NCBI GenBank assembly: GCA_040882355.1
Contig: JBBEBM010000032.1
Coordinates: 1-32,065 of the forward strand
DNA length: 32,065 bases
Reading direction: 5' to 3'
Origin: Dehalococcoidia bacterium
GTDB lineage: Bacteria; Chloroflexota; Dehalococcoidia; DSTF01; RBG-16-68-14
Shown here: piece after piece, positions 32,015-32,065 of the stretch
Layout: each line of letters opens with the position of its first letter
Position numbering within the stretch: position 1 is the stretch's first letter
Position numbers and translations under genes: made by a program
The notes under the pieces: model-generated
Database searches by the model: none
What the model saw: the letters and a program-made list of their open reading frames with translations, nothing else
Told to the model about the DNA's origin: nothing

Positions 32015-32065
32015 TGCCCGACTCTCCCACCAGCAACCTCCGCGACGCCCCCCGCCGCCGGTCGT

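Noticed and set aside
32015..32065. MraZ-binding GTGGG repeats upstream of mraZ
   Set aside because: Only one GTGGG is visible before the window ends, so the repeat pattern cannot be supported.

Overview
GC-rich bacterial chromosome segment. NrdR, FtsZ and dcw sequence style suggests Chloroflexota/Dehalococcoidia (inference only). One 100-N scaffold gap lies at 5027-5126. Left to right: (1) a class II ribonucleotide reductase (nrdJ-1, minus strand, runs off the left edge and is missing from the ORF track); (2) a REP-associated tyrosine transposase with one REP on its left and a head-to-tail REP array on its right; (3) a GH29 alpha-L-fucosidase; (4) a minus-strand operon nrdR - unknown ORF - IrrE/ImmA-type zinc metalloprotease - second nrdJ - Hc2-like lysine/arginine pentapeptide-repeat protein, with a sigma70 promoter overlapped by NrdR boxes; (5) a divergent cluster of five Tad-type minor pilins (three TadE-like, two TadG-like vWA proteins) preceded by sigma28-like promoters and a c-di-GMP-I riboswitch; (6) the dcw cluster mraZ-rsmH-ftsL-ftsI-murF-mraY-murD-ftsW-murG-murC/murB fusion-ddl-ftsQ-ftsA-ftsZ, without murE. 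The best candidate for an undescribed system is the nrdR operon. It places an IrrE/CapP-like protease with no XRE repressor partner next to an NrdR carrying an AT-hook-like tail, an RNR and a histone-like protein. All family assignments come from motif recognition, not database searches.
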